DNA of 64,000 bases from the human T2T-CHM13v2.0 reference genome, Homo sapiens: NCBI RefSeq assembly GCF_009914755.1, contig NC_060930.1. One strand, written 5' to 3'. The position numbers were made by a program, and so were the translations under genes. The notes under the pieces are model-generated. The model was not told the DNA's origin and searched no databases. It saw only the letters and a list, made by a program, of their open reading frames with translations. Below, piece by piece: positions 1 to 12,649 of the stretch (its first letter is position 1; every line of letters begins with the position of its first letter).

Positions 1-199
1 TGCTTCATTTGCTAAATACAATTTAGAAAACTCAAGAGAAAGAAAACTTACTGTATTTACTCATATTTTTACTTAGGATTCATTTGACACTTTTTATGAT
101 TTTTGCTTCATCTTCCAAACATAATTTAGGAAACTCAAGAAGAGAAGAAAAGCTTACTGTATTTACTCATATTTTTGCTTCCAATGTCATTCTCATTGT

Positions 200-1373
200 A
201 TGATTTCTATTGTTTTACCATCAAGTTCACAGACTCACTTTTGTTTTCTGCATTCTGCTGTTGAGCACACTCAGTGAGTTTTTAAAAATTTAAGTTATTG
301 TATTTTTTCAGCGTTATGCTTCTCATTTGATTCTTCTATTTTTCATTTCTTGGATGAAATTTTGTTTTTTCATTTATTTGAAGAATGTTCATAATTGTTC
401 ACAGAAGCATTTTTATGATGACTGCTATTGAATCCTTTTGAGATAATTCTACTGTCTATTTTACCTAAAGTTCAGCTTCTATTGATTGTCATTTTCTTAG
501 TAATTAGAAGTCTTCTTGTTCTTAGAATAATGAAAGATTTTTTATTAAAACCTGAACATTTTGAGTAATATGATGTGAGATCCTGGATCCTACTTAAACC
601 TTGAGCTTTAGCAGTCTTTCTTTGTCTGGTCCAGCTAAGGAAGAGTAATGCCACCTCCTTATAGCCAGGTGAGGAAGTAAGTCTAGGTTTTCCATTTGGT
701 TTCTGTTGACAGTTGCCTCCAGGAAAAATGGCACCTTGCTATTATTGTTGGATTTGGGATCAGAGCTCATGCTTTTCACTTGGCCTTCACTAATGCCACT
801 TTGGTTGATGAACAAGGGGTGCCTTTCTATTACTCTTCATGTGGCCTGCACTGATACTACAGGAGTGAAGGTTGGTCTCATTGCTGCTAAATGAGGTTGA
901 AAATACTCAATCTCCACAGGGCCTACTGTGACACCCCCCAGTGAGAAGGGTGAGGGCTGGCTTACTACCTCCAGGGGTGGGGCAGAAGTCCAGGGTGCCC
1001 ACCTTGTCTACTCGGACACTATGAAGGGAGAGTCCTTGTTACCACCCAGTGGTGATGAGTGTTCTTGATCTCCATTCTTCCTCCTCTGACAACACCCTGT
1101 AATCAGTGTGGGTCACCTCATTACAACCTGGTGACAGTGGAAATCTAGGCTCCCTGCTTGACCTTTTTAGATGAGGGTGGTGCCACAGTTATTTTACAGT
1201 GTTTATCTTGAGCACAGCTGTTATTGTTGAAAAGATCTGCACTTGTCAGGCTGCCTTTTTTTGTTTGTTTGTTTATTCAACTAAAGAGAGCAGGCTTTGG
1301 GGGGAGCTTTTTTTTTGTCTGCAACTATTGGCTTTTCCAGGTCATTGGTTTCTCCAATAACTTCTGTGGAGTA
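200..1373 (-). mobile_element. Ancient L1M (L1MC-like) 5' end/ORF1 region fragment
   Basis: T-rich, degenerate antisense L1 sequence. Its continuation is found inverted at 1952-2171. Boundaries approximate. Confidence 0.55.
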
Positions 1374-1951
1374 CGTGAAAAGAAAGTAAATCTCGGGACC
1401 CCAAAATCACTAAGTCAAAGGGGAAAAGTCAAGCTGAGAACTGCATCAGGCAAACCTGCCTCCCATTTTGTTCCTAAATAATATGGCTGCAAAGATAAAA
1501 AGCTATATACCTCCCTTACAGTTTGCCTACAAGGAAATTCCTTGTGGTCCTCAAGATCTTTACTCTGAAATGGTTATGTTGAATTTAACCTTGGCAATGA
1601 AGATTGATAGCTTATCTTCACCAGTGTGGGACGAAAGACAGAATTCAAAGTCATCCCTCTGCTCACCTGAGACAAATGCATATCTGGTTGCTTCCTCTGC
1701 CTTATTGCTTATGTAAAAATGCAAATTCACTGAGCCAGACTGAGACATAAGTGACTATTCCTCTGCTCCCTCTCACATGTAAATTTTGTATTCAGTGAAA
1801 GGCCAATCAAGGACCCAAAAAATGCAACATTTTGTCTCTTAGCTACCTGGTTAAAGCCCTGGCTTTGAGTGTCCCCACATTCTAAACTAAAGCAGTGTAT
1901 ATCTTACACATATTGATTGCTGTTTTAGGTCTCCCTAAAATGTATAAAACC
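1374..1951 (+). mobile_element. MER4A-type ERV1 LTR, 5' portion
   Basis: GTGAAAAGAAAGTAAATCTCGGGACCCCAAAATCACTAAG...GCAAACCTGCCTCCCATTTTGTTCCTAAATA...CTCCCTAAAATGTATAAAACC matches the recalled MER4A consensus and stops abruptly at 1951. Confidence 0.8.
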
Positions 1952-2171
1952 TTAAAAGCAAAGAGATATCCACTTACTGAAAGATAGAGTACATATGTTT
2001 TTCTATTCCTTTCACTATGTACAGCTAAAACATACACGTAAATGTCTATGTAAAACAAACATAAGAAAACTCCAAAAGGTAGCAAGAAGAAAACAGACCA
2101 ACTAGGACTTCAAAACCCAAGAAGAAACATGGTAGTGGGCTTCCTCAATTATCATTTTTGCCTTATGCATC

Positions 2172-2273
2172 TATGAACCCAAAAATATCTGAGACAGATC
2201 TAAATCAATTTAGAAGATTTATTTTGCCAAGGTTAATGATGCATGACACAGCCTCAGGAGGTCCTAATGACAT
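2172..2273 (-). mobile_element. MER4A-type LTR 3' terminal ~100 bp, inverted
   Basis: The reverse complement reads ATGTCATTAGGACCTCCTGAGGCTGTGTCATGC...TTAACCTTGGCAAAATAAA...CTGTCTCAGATATTTTTGGGTTCATA, which is the MER4A 3' end. Confidence 0.75.
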
Positions 2274-2319
2274 TCTCAGATGTATTCAATTGCAATTGTG
2301 TGTCACTATGACACACAAT

Positions 2320-3150
2320 GACCAAATACCGTTCCAGCATTACTTGTTGAAAGGTTACCCTTCTCCCAGTGAACTACCTTGACATCTTTGACAAAAATCA
2401 ATTAGCCATATATGAGTCAGCCGAATTCTGGTCTATTAATCTTTATGAAAGATTGGTCATCCATCTTTATGAAAATACCATACCGTATTTATTACGATTG
2501 CTCACTAGGAAATCTGAAATTTTAAAGTGTAAGTCCTTCAAATTAGGTTTTCCATATTTACTTTAGTGTGTAGGTCATTTGTATTTTCAAATATATCTAA
2601 AATTAACTTGTCAGTTTTTACAAAAAAAATCCTCTGTGAATTTGCAACTATGTAGCACTAAGTCTACAGATAAATTTGAGAACTATTATTTTAATAATAT
2701 TGAGTTTTCTAATCTAGGTACATGTTATAACTTTATTTGTTTTTTTTTATTAATTTGCCTCAGTAATGTTTTGCAATTTGTAAGGTAGAAGTCTTTCACA
2801 GTTTTTGTCATATTTATTCATATTTTATAATTTTTGAGGCTATTGGAAAGGAATTGTTTCTTCTTAATTTTATTTTCTACTTGTTCATTTCTAGAGATTA
2901 TAGCTACAATTGTTTTTTATATATTTACTTCGAATACTGCAACCTTGCTAAAATTGTTTTAAGAGTAGTATCTTTTCATTAATTCACAAAATTTTCTACA
3001 TACAAGATCACATTGCCCATAAATCTTCCTTTTTAATATGCATGGCTTTATTTAGTTTGTTTGTTTGTTTTATTCCAGTAGCTAGGAACTCCAGCATTAG
3101 AGGTTTTCCATTTCTTCCTGAGGATAAATGCCAATCTCTTCTGTTGCAAA
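2320..3150 (-). mobile_element. Ancient L1M ORF2 fragment
   Basis: TTCCAGCATTACTTGTTGAAAG...ATCTTTGACAAAAATCAATTAGCCATATATG is typical antisense old L1 ORF2. Confidence 0.6.
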
Positions 3151-4801
3151 TTAAGGTTAGTTAAATATGCTGAGGGTGGACACCATTAATAATGGCTTCA
3201 ATTCTAATACTTGGAAAAAATGTTGTTTTCTTCTAGTTTGGAAGGGAGGAATCCTAGTCCCACATACATTCGAATTTGCATCTCCAAACTTAGATTTCTG
3301 GAATTGGGACTAGTAAACCTATTGATGTGGACATAATACAATGGATCCACTTTTGTTGCACGAATATGATATTCATGTGTGTCTTTTGGATACTGAATAG
3401 TTCTGCAAATATCTCTCTGTTCTGTGGAGTTTTACAAATGCCAGAAAGTATCATTGTGGTATTCCTGGTTTCCAAATGCATAAACAAACTTGTACCCAGA
3501 TGCAGTCACATTAAATGCTATTAACAAAGTTCTCTCTAATATAAAAAGATAGTGGCAAATGTATTTCTGAAGGGAATGGCTGGTTTTTAATTTGTAGTGG
3601 AAATAAATCTCTCAATAAAATTCAAGGATACATTATCATGATACTGTGTAGGGAGCAATGAAAGTAGATGAGTTGGCAATCAAATTTCATGCTTCAGGGC
3701 TTGAAGTGTTTTTATAGGGGTTATAATGGGATCTTTTGAAATAAGTGAAGGAATTTTTCTTGCCTTAAAAAGTCTAGAGTCATCTATGTAGATTGTGGTC
3801 CAATCTGGAGTTTCAAATGAACAGTAACATAGCTGTTCAAAAAGAGAATTTGACAAAGTTTAATCTGTCTCTTGGCTTCCCTCGAGTGATATATAAAAGC
3901 ATGATATGAAGCCTTTTGGACACAAAAGGAGTCCATGAAATTATTCAACTGGCATTCTTTCTCATCTCAGAAGTAACTGACATCTTACTCTTTCCTGTAC
4001 TTGTAACCAAAAGAAACATCTTTATTCACATTCACTAAGGCTCACTTCCTGCTCTCTTGTGTCATACATCACAGCTGTGTACAGAATCCATACAAGGCAA
4101 GATGTCAAAAAGGAGCCAATGAAGAAATTGTTTATGTTCCAAGAATTAATATTGCCTCTGTCTCATGAGTTTTCTTTCTCTTAAGGGAAATATGTGTTTT
4201 CTTATGTTTTAATGGTCTCTTGATTAAATTGCTTCTTGTGTGGATATTAATGAAGATTTTTTAAATGTTGTTTTTTAGTTGTTTCTATATCTCTGTAATA
4301 ATTTATTGCAATTTTATGTTCAGTTTTATTCTCAAGAAATCATCTTAAAAGATTACCTTGAACCTTGCACCATTTTGACATTTAAACATCCATAGTGTCA
4401 TCTTCTCTCAACATTATCAATAAACAAAAATTTTATTCTTGAGAGAATAAGACTACCAAAGGAAAAGACTTCTCAGAAGGTCATAAAAATTTGTATACAT
4501 GCATAGGAGGAATTTTATGAAATTCTATGTTTTAAATTAACGTTAGCTTCCATCTTCACATAATTTTAATATTTATTCTTGACATGCCTAGATGATAACA
4601 TAAAATATTCCTATCCTCCTAGCCTGTTATCTGGAATGGTTACTATTTTATTTTTGCTGTTTATTTCTTTTTCTTCTCCTCTTCTTACTTTTTCATGTTC
4701 TTAAAGAATACTAATACTAGAATATTAATAAAATAAATATTTCCAAGCAAATGACTTTTAAATGAGTTTCCTTAAGGAATAATTATTGTTTACCTATTTT
4801 T

Positions 4802-4806
4802 TTCTT

Positions 4807-4838
<32 letters not shown>

Positions 4839-5121
4839 GAGATGGAGTCTCACTCTGTAGCCCAGGCTGGAGTGCAGTGGCATGATCCTGGCACACTGCA
4901 ACCCTCCACCTCCTGGGTTCAAGCGATTCTCTTGCCTCAGCTTCCCAGGTAGCTGGGATTACAGGCGCCCGCCAGCACTACTGGCTAATTTTTGTACTTT
5001 TTGTAGAGACAGGGTTTCACCATGTTGGCTAGGCTGATCTCGAACTCCTGACCTCAAGTGATCTGCCTGCCTCAGCCTCCCAAAGTGCTGGGATTACAGG
5101 CATGAGCCACTGCGCCCAGCC
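4802..5121 (-). mobile_element. AluS (Sx/Sz-like), full length
   Basis: Poly-T followed by GAGATGGAGTCTCACTCTG...GAGCCACTGCGCCCAGCC. TSD TGTTTACCTATTTTT at 4787-4801 and 5122-5136. Confidence 0.95.
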
Positions 5122-6579
5122 TGTTTACCTATTTTTAATTAAATGTGATATTCTCTGCACTGGCACTAAAAATTATTCACAAAGAGCATAAAAATAAAAA
5201 TGTCTTATATGCTTCTTTGTAGAGACATATATTTTACTAAATATTTGGTTTTACTGAGACTTCCGTATTTTTAGATTAAAGAAAAAACAAAAACGCATTA
5301 ATATAAATTCTCACTTTAAAATAAATAAAGTTTGGTTATTTTCTTTCATATTTTATATAGTGAGTATACAATTAAACCTTTGGGAGTGGACAACGTTCTC
5401 TTATTTTGATATATAAAAACAGATTTCATATGCTTCAAACTAATATATGTATATATATACAATATGACTAATGCACAATAAAACACTTTACTAAGCTTAT
5501 AATAAAAGATCTTGCTACTTCAGCTCATCACACTCACTCTCTTGTTAACAGACCCATAATCTTGTATCTTCAGTGCTTATATAATCAAATAGTTAATTCT
5601 ATTTTGGGGAAAATAATTAAAAATACCGAGCACATATTTTTTGGCTTCTTGAGAAGATTAACCATTTCCAAATTTTCTGGATTGCACCTGACTTCAATGA
5701 AACATAGAAGACCTAAACAATTTTTTAAATATTAAAATATAATTCAAATTAATTCAAAATTTTTCTTCTGTCATCTCCTCAATGAGTCACATGTGGAACT
5801 AATTTTCATAGCAACAAAATTTTACTTGTACCTTCCCCAGTAATCAGCGATAAACTGTGCATGGCATCAACTGAGCATTAAAATAATTATTTCTCTGTAC
5901 ACATGCTACTACTTTATCGATATTCATTCTTTTGTTTGGTTCCAACAAAGAATGAAGCTGTGCTGTTACCTTATTAAAATAATAAAAACTGTTACACTGA
6001 TAACCAATGACAACATACAATGCAGTAGCATCAAATGGACAATAATACCCTCATACTGACTTTTCTGATAAGGCCTCCTAACCTCACAGATCTGATTCAT
6101 TAATGCTCCAAGAACATCTAAAATGTCACTCAGTCTTTCATTTATTTCCTTCTAATAAATTAGTGCTAATTTCATTAGAATATTTGACCTGTTTTGAGTA
6201 TTCTTAAAAAAAATAGTGACCTGTAGTTTGGTTAGTAAAAACCATAAGAAAACATCCAAAGTGATTTAGCATGGAAATATTTGTAGTTGGGGAAGGTATA
6301 AATCTGAAGAAATGGGAACAACGATCCAAATAATTCCAAAGATTGGTGTGTAATTTGTGTCACAATAGAAAGGGATGGGGAAAACAGGAGGGGCAGGGGA
6401 TTGTGGGGGTTCTTCCATGTTTACTAAATATCAGACATCAAATATCAGATGCATCAGCAATAACAAAACACAGAGAGAATGTTAAAATCACTAAATATAT
6501 GCAATGTATATTCCAAATGAAAGATTTGTCATTTACCACTCACCCACAAAAACTTTTTTGTTGTTGTTTAAAAGTTTTT

Positions 6580-6873
6580 GGCTGAGCACGGTGGCTCACA
6601 CCGGTAATCCCAGCACTTTTGAAGGCCAAAGTGGGTGGCTTGCTTGAGTACAGGTGTTAGAAATCAGCCAGGGCAACATGGTGAAACCACGTCTCTACAA
6701 AAAATACAAAATAAATTTAACCAGACGTTGTGGCATGTGCCTGTAGTTTCAGCTACTCAGGAGGCTGAAGTGGGAGGATCACCTAAGCCCGGAGAGGTCG
6801 AGGCTGCAGTGAGCTGAGATTACGTCACTGTATTCCAGCCTGGGTGAGAGTGAGACCTTGTCTCCAAAACAAA
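6580..6873 (+). mobile_element. AluJ (Jb-like)
   Basis: GGCTGAGCACGGTGGCTCAC...GAGGTCGAGGCTGCAGTGAGC...GAGACCTTGTCTC, diverged. Confidence 0.92.
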
Positions 6874-8256
6874 CCAGGAGTTTGTTGGCTTGTTTTTATT
6901 TTGCTTGTTTTTTAAAAGATAATTTAATTTATAAGAGCATTTTGGTTAAGTAATCTATACACCATAAAATCCACCCATTTTAAATTTTAAACATACAACT
7001 TAATAGCTTGAAGGTACTTTTAGTAAATTTACTGCGTTGAGCAACCATCACTTCACAACCTTTGTATTACTTGAATTCACCTCTCAGTTTCATCTCCACA
7101 CTCAGATGACCATTAGTCTATTCTCTCGATAAAGATTTGACTTTTGTAGACATTTCATATAAATGGAATCATACAATATTTGGTCTTTTGCATTTGTCTT
7201 CCTTAGCATATGAGGTTCATCCATGTTGCGACATGTATCAAAAGTATCCTGTTGCTGAATATATATGATTGTGTGGATATAATATTTCTTGGGTATCTAC
7301 TAACCAATGCATTGACATTCAGATAATTTCCACTTTTTGACTATTATGAAAAATGCTGCTATAAAATATTTGTGTATAAATCTTTGAGTGGATTGTTCTT
7401 TGCTATGATGGTATATAAAATATAGTGATTTTTTATAATAATTTTGTATCTTATAATATAGCTAAACTTGTTCTAGTAATATTTAGTGAATTACTTGAAA
7501 ATTTGTTATAGAAAATCTTGTTCTTCCTAATAAGAGATGGTTTTATTTCTTCCTTTATGATTTGATGGCTCTAATTTATTTTTCTTAACTTATTACACTA
7601 GTTAGGACTTTAGGACAAAAGTGCATAGGCATGATGAGAAAAAATATCCTTGCTTTGTCCCTGATCTTATCGGTAAAGCTCTTAGTCTCTCATCAGTAAG
7701 TATGATGACAGCTAATGGTTCTCAAACATAACCTTTATTAAAGAATGCCACTTCTGTTTCTAATGGGCAAGAAGTCTTTTTTATCACAGATTAACATTGA
7801 ATCTTTAATTACTTTTTCTGCTTCTATCGAGATGCCTATATTGTTTTTCTTTAGTTTGTCAATATATAGTGAATTACATAGATTGATTTTTTAATGTTAA
7901 AGCAGCCTGGAATTTCTGGAATAAACTCCATTTGACCATAATGTATTAACATATTTTTATGTTGCTATATTCTCTTTGTTGATATTTTCTTGAGGATTTT
8001 TGAGTTTATGTTTATGGAAAATATAAATATATAGTTTTCTTTACCTGTGATGTGTCTCTCTGTGAATGGTGTCACTACAATACAAGCTTCATTGAATGAG
8101 TTGGGAAAGCTTCATTACTCTATTTTCTGGAAGGCTTTATGGGGTTTGGTATTACTTCTTCTTTAAATGTTTGATAAAATTTACTAGTGAATTTATGTGG
8201 GTCTGGGATGGATTTTTAATTATTAAATTTACTTTCATATTGGCGAAATTTAGGTG

Positions 8257-8407
8257 TTTCTTCTTGAGTTGATTTTGGTAAATGTGTCTTTCTGAAGAAT
8301 TTTTCCAATTCTTTTAAGTTGTGTAATTTGTATTTCTTCTTGAGTTGATTTTGGTAATTTTGCCTTTCTGAAGAATTTTTCCAACTCTTTTAAGTTGTGT
8401 CATTTGT
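8257..8407. repeat. 76-bp tandem duplication
   Basis: TTTCTTCTTGAGTTGATTTTGGTAA...TTTAAGTTGTGT occurs at 8257 and 8333 with few mismatches. Confidence 0.9.
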
Positions 8408-8723
8408 TTATAATGGTCCCTTTTATTATTTTAATTTCTGTAAGGTCTGTAATGAAATCTTCTCTTTTGCAGTTTGGTTAATTTGTATCTTCTCTCTTTT
8501 TTTTCCTTCATCTTTTTAGCTAAAGATTTAACCATTTTTTTTAATTAAAAAAGCCCTTACTTCTAATTTTATTGATTTTTCTCTATTGTTTTGTTATATA
8601 TATATTTGATTTGCAGTCTGATATTACTTCCTTCCTTCTTGCTTTAGGTTTTGTTTTCTCCTAATTTGGAAGCCTAGGTTATTGATTTGAGATCTTTTTT
8701 TTGTTTTGTTTTCTAATGAGGCA

Positions 8724-9155
8724 TGTTATGATTTGAATGTTTGTGCTGCTTCAAAATTCATATTAAAACTTAATCATCACAGCAATTATATTAGAAGCAG
8801 ACCTTTTGGGAGAAATTATTAGGAAATTATTAATGACCTTAGAAAAAAGCTTTTAGAGAGGATCTTCTTTCCCTCTGCCCTTCTGTCCCTTCCATTGCTT
8901 CTGAAAATGTTTGTCCCTTTTGCTCTTTTTTGTCCTTCTGCTCTGTGAGAACACAATATTTACCTCTTCTACCATGTGAGGACACAGCAACAAGGCACCA
9001 TTTTGAAAGCAGAAAACATCTCTCACGAGACACCTAATCTGTCAGCACCATGATTTTGGACTTCCCATTCCCCAGAACTGTGAGAAAATCAACTATTCTT
9101 TATAAATTACCCACTATCAGATATTTAGTTATAGCAGCACAAAAGGACAAAGATA
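8724..9155 (+). mobile_element. MaLR solo LTR (MST/MLT1A-type)
   Basis: Starts TGTTATGATTTGAATGTTTGTG..CAAAATTCAT and ends TATAAATTACCCA...TTATAGCAGCACAAAAGGACAAAGATA. Flanks AGGCA/AGGTG. Confidence 0.85.
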
Positions 9156-10473
9156 AGGTGTTTAAAGCAAAACTTTCCTGCTGAGCACTGATTTAACTAC
9201 ATTCTTTACATTTTGATATGTTTATTTTCACTAAGATAAAAATATTTTCTAACCTCTCTTATGAATTCTCTGGGTTTATGGGTCATTTAAAAGCATTTTA
9301 TTTAATATGTGAATATCTGAAGATTATGTAAGTTTTTTTTGTTGTTGATCTCTAATTTGATTTGGTTGTAGCAAAAACAATTTTTAAATGACTTTTAACT
9401 CATTTACATGCATTGAAACTTGTCTTAGAACCCTAAAAATGGACTATTCTCAAAAAGTATTTTCTGAAAACTTTAACAGAATGTTCATTCTGCTGTTGTT
9501 GGGTGCAATGACATTAGGTCAAGTTGGTTGATAGTGTTGCCAAAGTGTCTGTTTCCTTTCTGAATTATATTTATTTTCTGTATTACTGAGAGTGAGTTAC
9601 TGAAGTATCAAAATATTACTGTTCAATTAGCTATTTCTTCTTTAAATTCTGCCAGATTTGCCTCATATTATTTTGAGGTCATTTGTTGAGTGTGTATATA
9701 AATACTTGTGGGTGTATGTTTATAAAAATTATAAATTCCTAATGAGTTTATCCCATTGTCTTTATAAAATGCCTCTATTTGCTTCTAGTAAAATATTTTT
9801 ATCTTACAGTATGATTTCAGGAGTATAATTTGCATCCTCTTGAATGTGTAGACAAACGTTTTTCATCAAATTGAGGAAATATTTGCCATTATTTATTATT
9901 TTTCTCTCCCTTTATCCTCTCTCCTTCTAGGACTCTCTTTATGCATGTGTTGGTATGTTAGATGGTATTTCACCAGCCACTAAAGTTCTGTTCATTTTTA
10001 TTAATATTTATTTCTACACACACACGTATATCTTCATATTCCCTGAATTATTCTTTCTGCCATTACTAATCACCCATTGAGCCTTTCTAGTATATTTTTA
10101 AATTTTAGTTATTGAATGCCTCAGGTTCATAATTTCCATTTAATTATTTTATCTATTTCTTTATTGCTATCCTCTGATAATCTGTTGACATCATACTTAT
10201 CTTTACGTCTTTTAATAAGGATTTCTGAGGCTTTTAAATATATTTATAAGAGCTGCTTTGATATTTTTTCTGTGATGTACTACATACATCTGGAGCCCTT
10301 CGGAGATAGTTTCTATTGATTGAATTTTATTTTCTGTATACTGATCACACATCCCTATTTCTTTGTGTATAGCACTGGGTTTTGAAATCTGGCCACTTAA
10401 TATGAAATATTACAGCAACTGTGAATTATTATTCCCTATTCTAAGCTGGTGTTGTGTTTCTGTTTTTTGTTAT

Positions 10474-10895
10474 TGCTTTAGTCCATTTTCTGTTGCTTAT
10501 AACAAAATAAGTGAAACTGGGTAATTTATAAGGAAATTTATTTTTTACAGTTATAGAGGCTGTGAAGTCCAATACCCAGGTGGTGAATCTGGTGAGGCCT
10601 TTCTTGCTGGTGGTGATTCTATGCGACATCCCAAGGTAACCCAAAGCATCATATGGCAAGGAGGCTGAGCATGCTAACATGCTAGTCAGGTCACTTTTCC
10701 TCTTCTTATAAAGCCACTAGTTCCCCTTCCATGATAACCCATTAATCCAGTAACCCATGAATGAATTAATCCACCCATGAGGACAGAACCCTCATGATCC
10801 AATCACCTCTTAAAGGCCCCACCTCTCAATACTGCCACATTGGAGATTAAATTTCAACATGAGATTTGGAGGGGGCCAATGTTCAAACCATACCA
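10474..10895 (-). mobile_element. MaLR solo LTR (MSTB/MSTC-like)
   Basis: TTAGTCCATTTTCTGTTGCTTATAACA...CCCACCTCTCAATACTGCCACATTGGAGATTAAATTTCAACATGAG...CAAACCATACCA. 5-bp TSD GTTAT/GCTAT. Confidence 0.88.
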
Positions 10896-11354
10896 GCTAT
10901 GTTTTGTTTTTATGTTTTTTTAAAAAAATTTGTTTATTTGTTTAATGACTGGGTGGGAATAGTTCTGTGGTCTCTCCTGACATCAGTAATGCCAGTAATG
11001 CCTATGATTCACTTTTGTTTCCTTGTTTTTATTTTTTCAAACATGGGTTCCTAGGGTTCTACCTAGGGTCAGATTGGCTAAGTGGTCAATCAACAATTAC
11101 TCAGAGGGTATGCTGAAATAACATGTGCTAAGGGTTGCATCATTTGTCAATGGATCTGTATATGGGTGAGTAACACAGCTAAGGGTTAGGCAGTTTACGA
11201 AACTGTACCATGTTTTATCTTCTATGGAAGCAACACTTCAAATTCAGTCAGGTACCAGTAGATAACTAGGACCATCATAAATGTGTGTGCAACCTTGGAC
11301 ATGTATAAATCCAGATCCTCAGGAATGAGTAAGAGTTTAAGAGCTTAGGTCTGT

Positions 11355-11462
11355 ATATCAGTCATGGTTCTCAAAAGTAGGAGAACTAATAAGATAGATA
11401 TATAGATGTGTGTGTATGTGTGTGTGTGTGTGTGTGTAGAGAGAGACAGATTTTATGTATAT

Positions 11463-11502
<40 letters not shown>

Positions 11503-11842
11503 TTTCTTTATCCAGAGAGAGAGAAAGAAAGAATTTACTTTAAAGAATTAGTTCATATAATTATGGGTGCTGACATGTCCAAAATCTGTAGAGCAGGCTA
11601 GGATCAGGCTGGAAACTCCAATAGGTGTAAATGCCATGGTCTTAAGGTAGATTTTTTTCTTCTCCAAGAATTCTGTTATTTACTCTTTTTGTTATTTACT
11701 CTTTTTTTTAAAGTCAGCTGATTGTAGATGTTAACCACATCTATAAAATATCTTCACAGCAACACTGTATTTAGCTTACTGTTTTGTTACATAATTAGAT
11801 ACCACTGCCTAGTCAAGTTGACAAATAAACCTAACCAATACC
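11355..11842 (-). mobile_element. MLT2 (ERVL) LTR with internal (TG)n and (AG)n microsatellites
   Basis: AAAGAATTAGTTCATATAATTATGGG..TCCAAAATCTGTAG and terminal GCCTAGTCAAGTTGACAAATAAACCTAACCA. (TG)n at 11407-11437, (AG)n at 11469-11498. Confidence 0.8.
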
Positions 11843-12649
11843 ATCTACTACAGGTGTCTTATGACCTGTGCCTCCCTGTGAAATTTCTGGATGACCTGTG
11901 TTTGGTTTCTTGCCTCAATCAGTATCTTGTCTTCAGGTTACCTGCAATATTTGCATTCCCTGATTGTTTCTCACTGAAATCACTATCATTTTCATCAATG
12001 TCCTGGAAAAAAGGCTTTTTTTGTTTGTTTGTTTTTCCCCAAGGTCCCAGCAAGTCAAATCAGTCTCCCTGACTGGCTAGTTACAGATCCTCCTGGCCTA
12101 CCCTACAGTGGTAGAACTACTGCACAAAGGAGGGGGAGGTGAGTGAGAGGGTATGTGAGCAGCTGCAATCTAAAACACTGCACACTTCCACTATTCTAAC
12201 AAAACTTTTCCTGAATAAGTGCTTCTTAAATTTTTATACACCACTGATTAACATCCAGAGCCCCAGAATGGTTATCTTTTGAAAATTTTGTTCAGTTTAA
12301 TAATCACTTTGTGGGAAAAAGATTTCAGAGCTCCTCACTCAACCATTTCTGAAGTTCTGCTTCTCCAATATTGCTAATTTAACTTTTATCAAATTTATAT
12401 ATTCAAATAAACTAAATAAGTAAAACAACTATATGACTTTGTTAAATAAAGCAAAAATATTTCCTTTATTTGTAATTTCCATTATACAAATAATGAACTT
12501 TTGTCTTTTTTAGCTTATTTTTTATCCATATGCTATTCTTTTTTAATGAGTCCTCTCTCTGTTCCAGGAACCAATCCAAGACACCACATGACTTTCAGCC
12601 TTCATGTCTCCTTAGTCACTTCTGATAGTATATAAGCTTACAGTTGAGT

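Larger units (their letters stand above)
6930..10470 (-). mobile_element. Ancient L1M (3' UTR through ORF2) interrupted by a MaLR LTR
   Basis: GACATTTCATATAAATGGAATCATACAATAT, TGAGTTGGGAA..TATTTTCTGGAAG and TTCTGCTGTTGTTGGGTG are antisense L1M hallmarks. Confidence 0.7.

Noticed and set aside
5780-6075. AP-1 (TGAGTCA at 5783), E-box and GATA motif cluster
   Set aside because: Short motifs expected by chance in AT-rich DNA, with no independent support.
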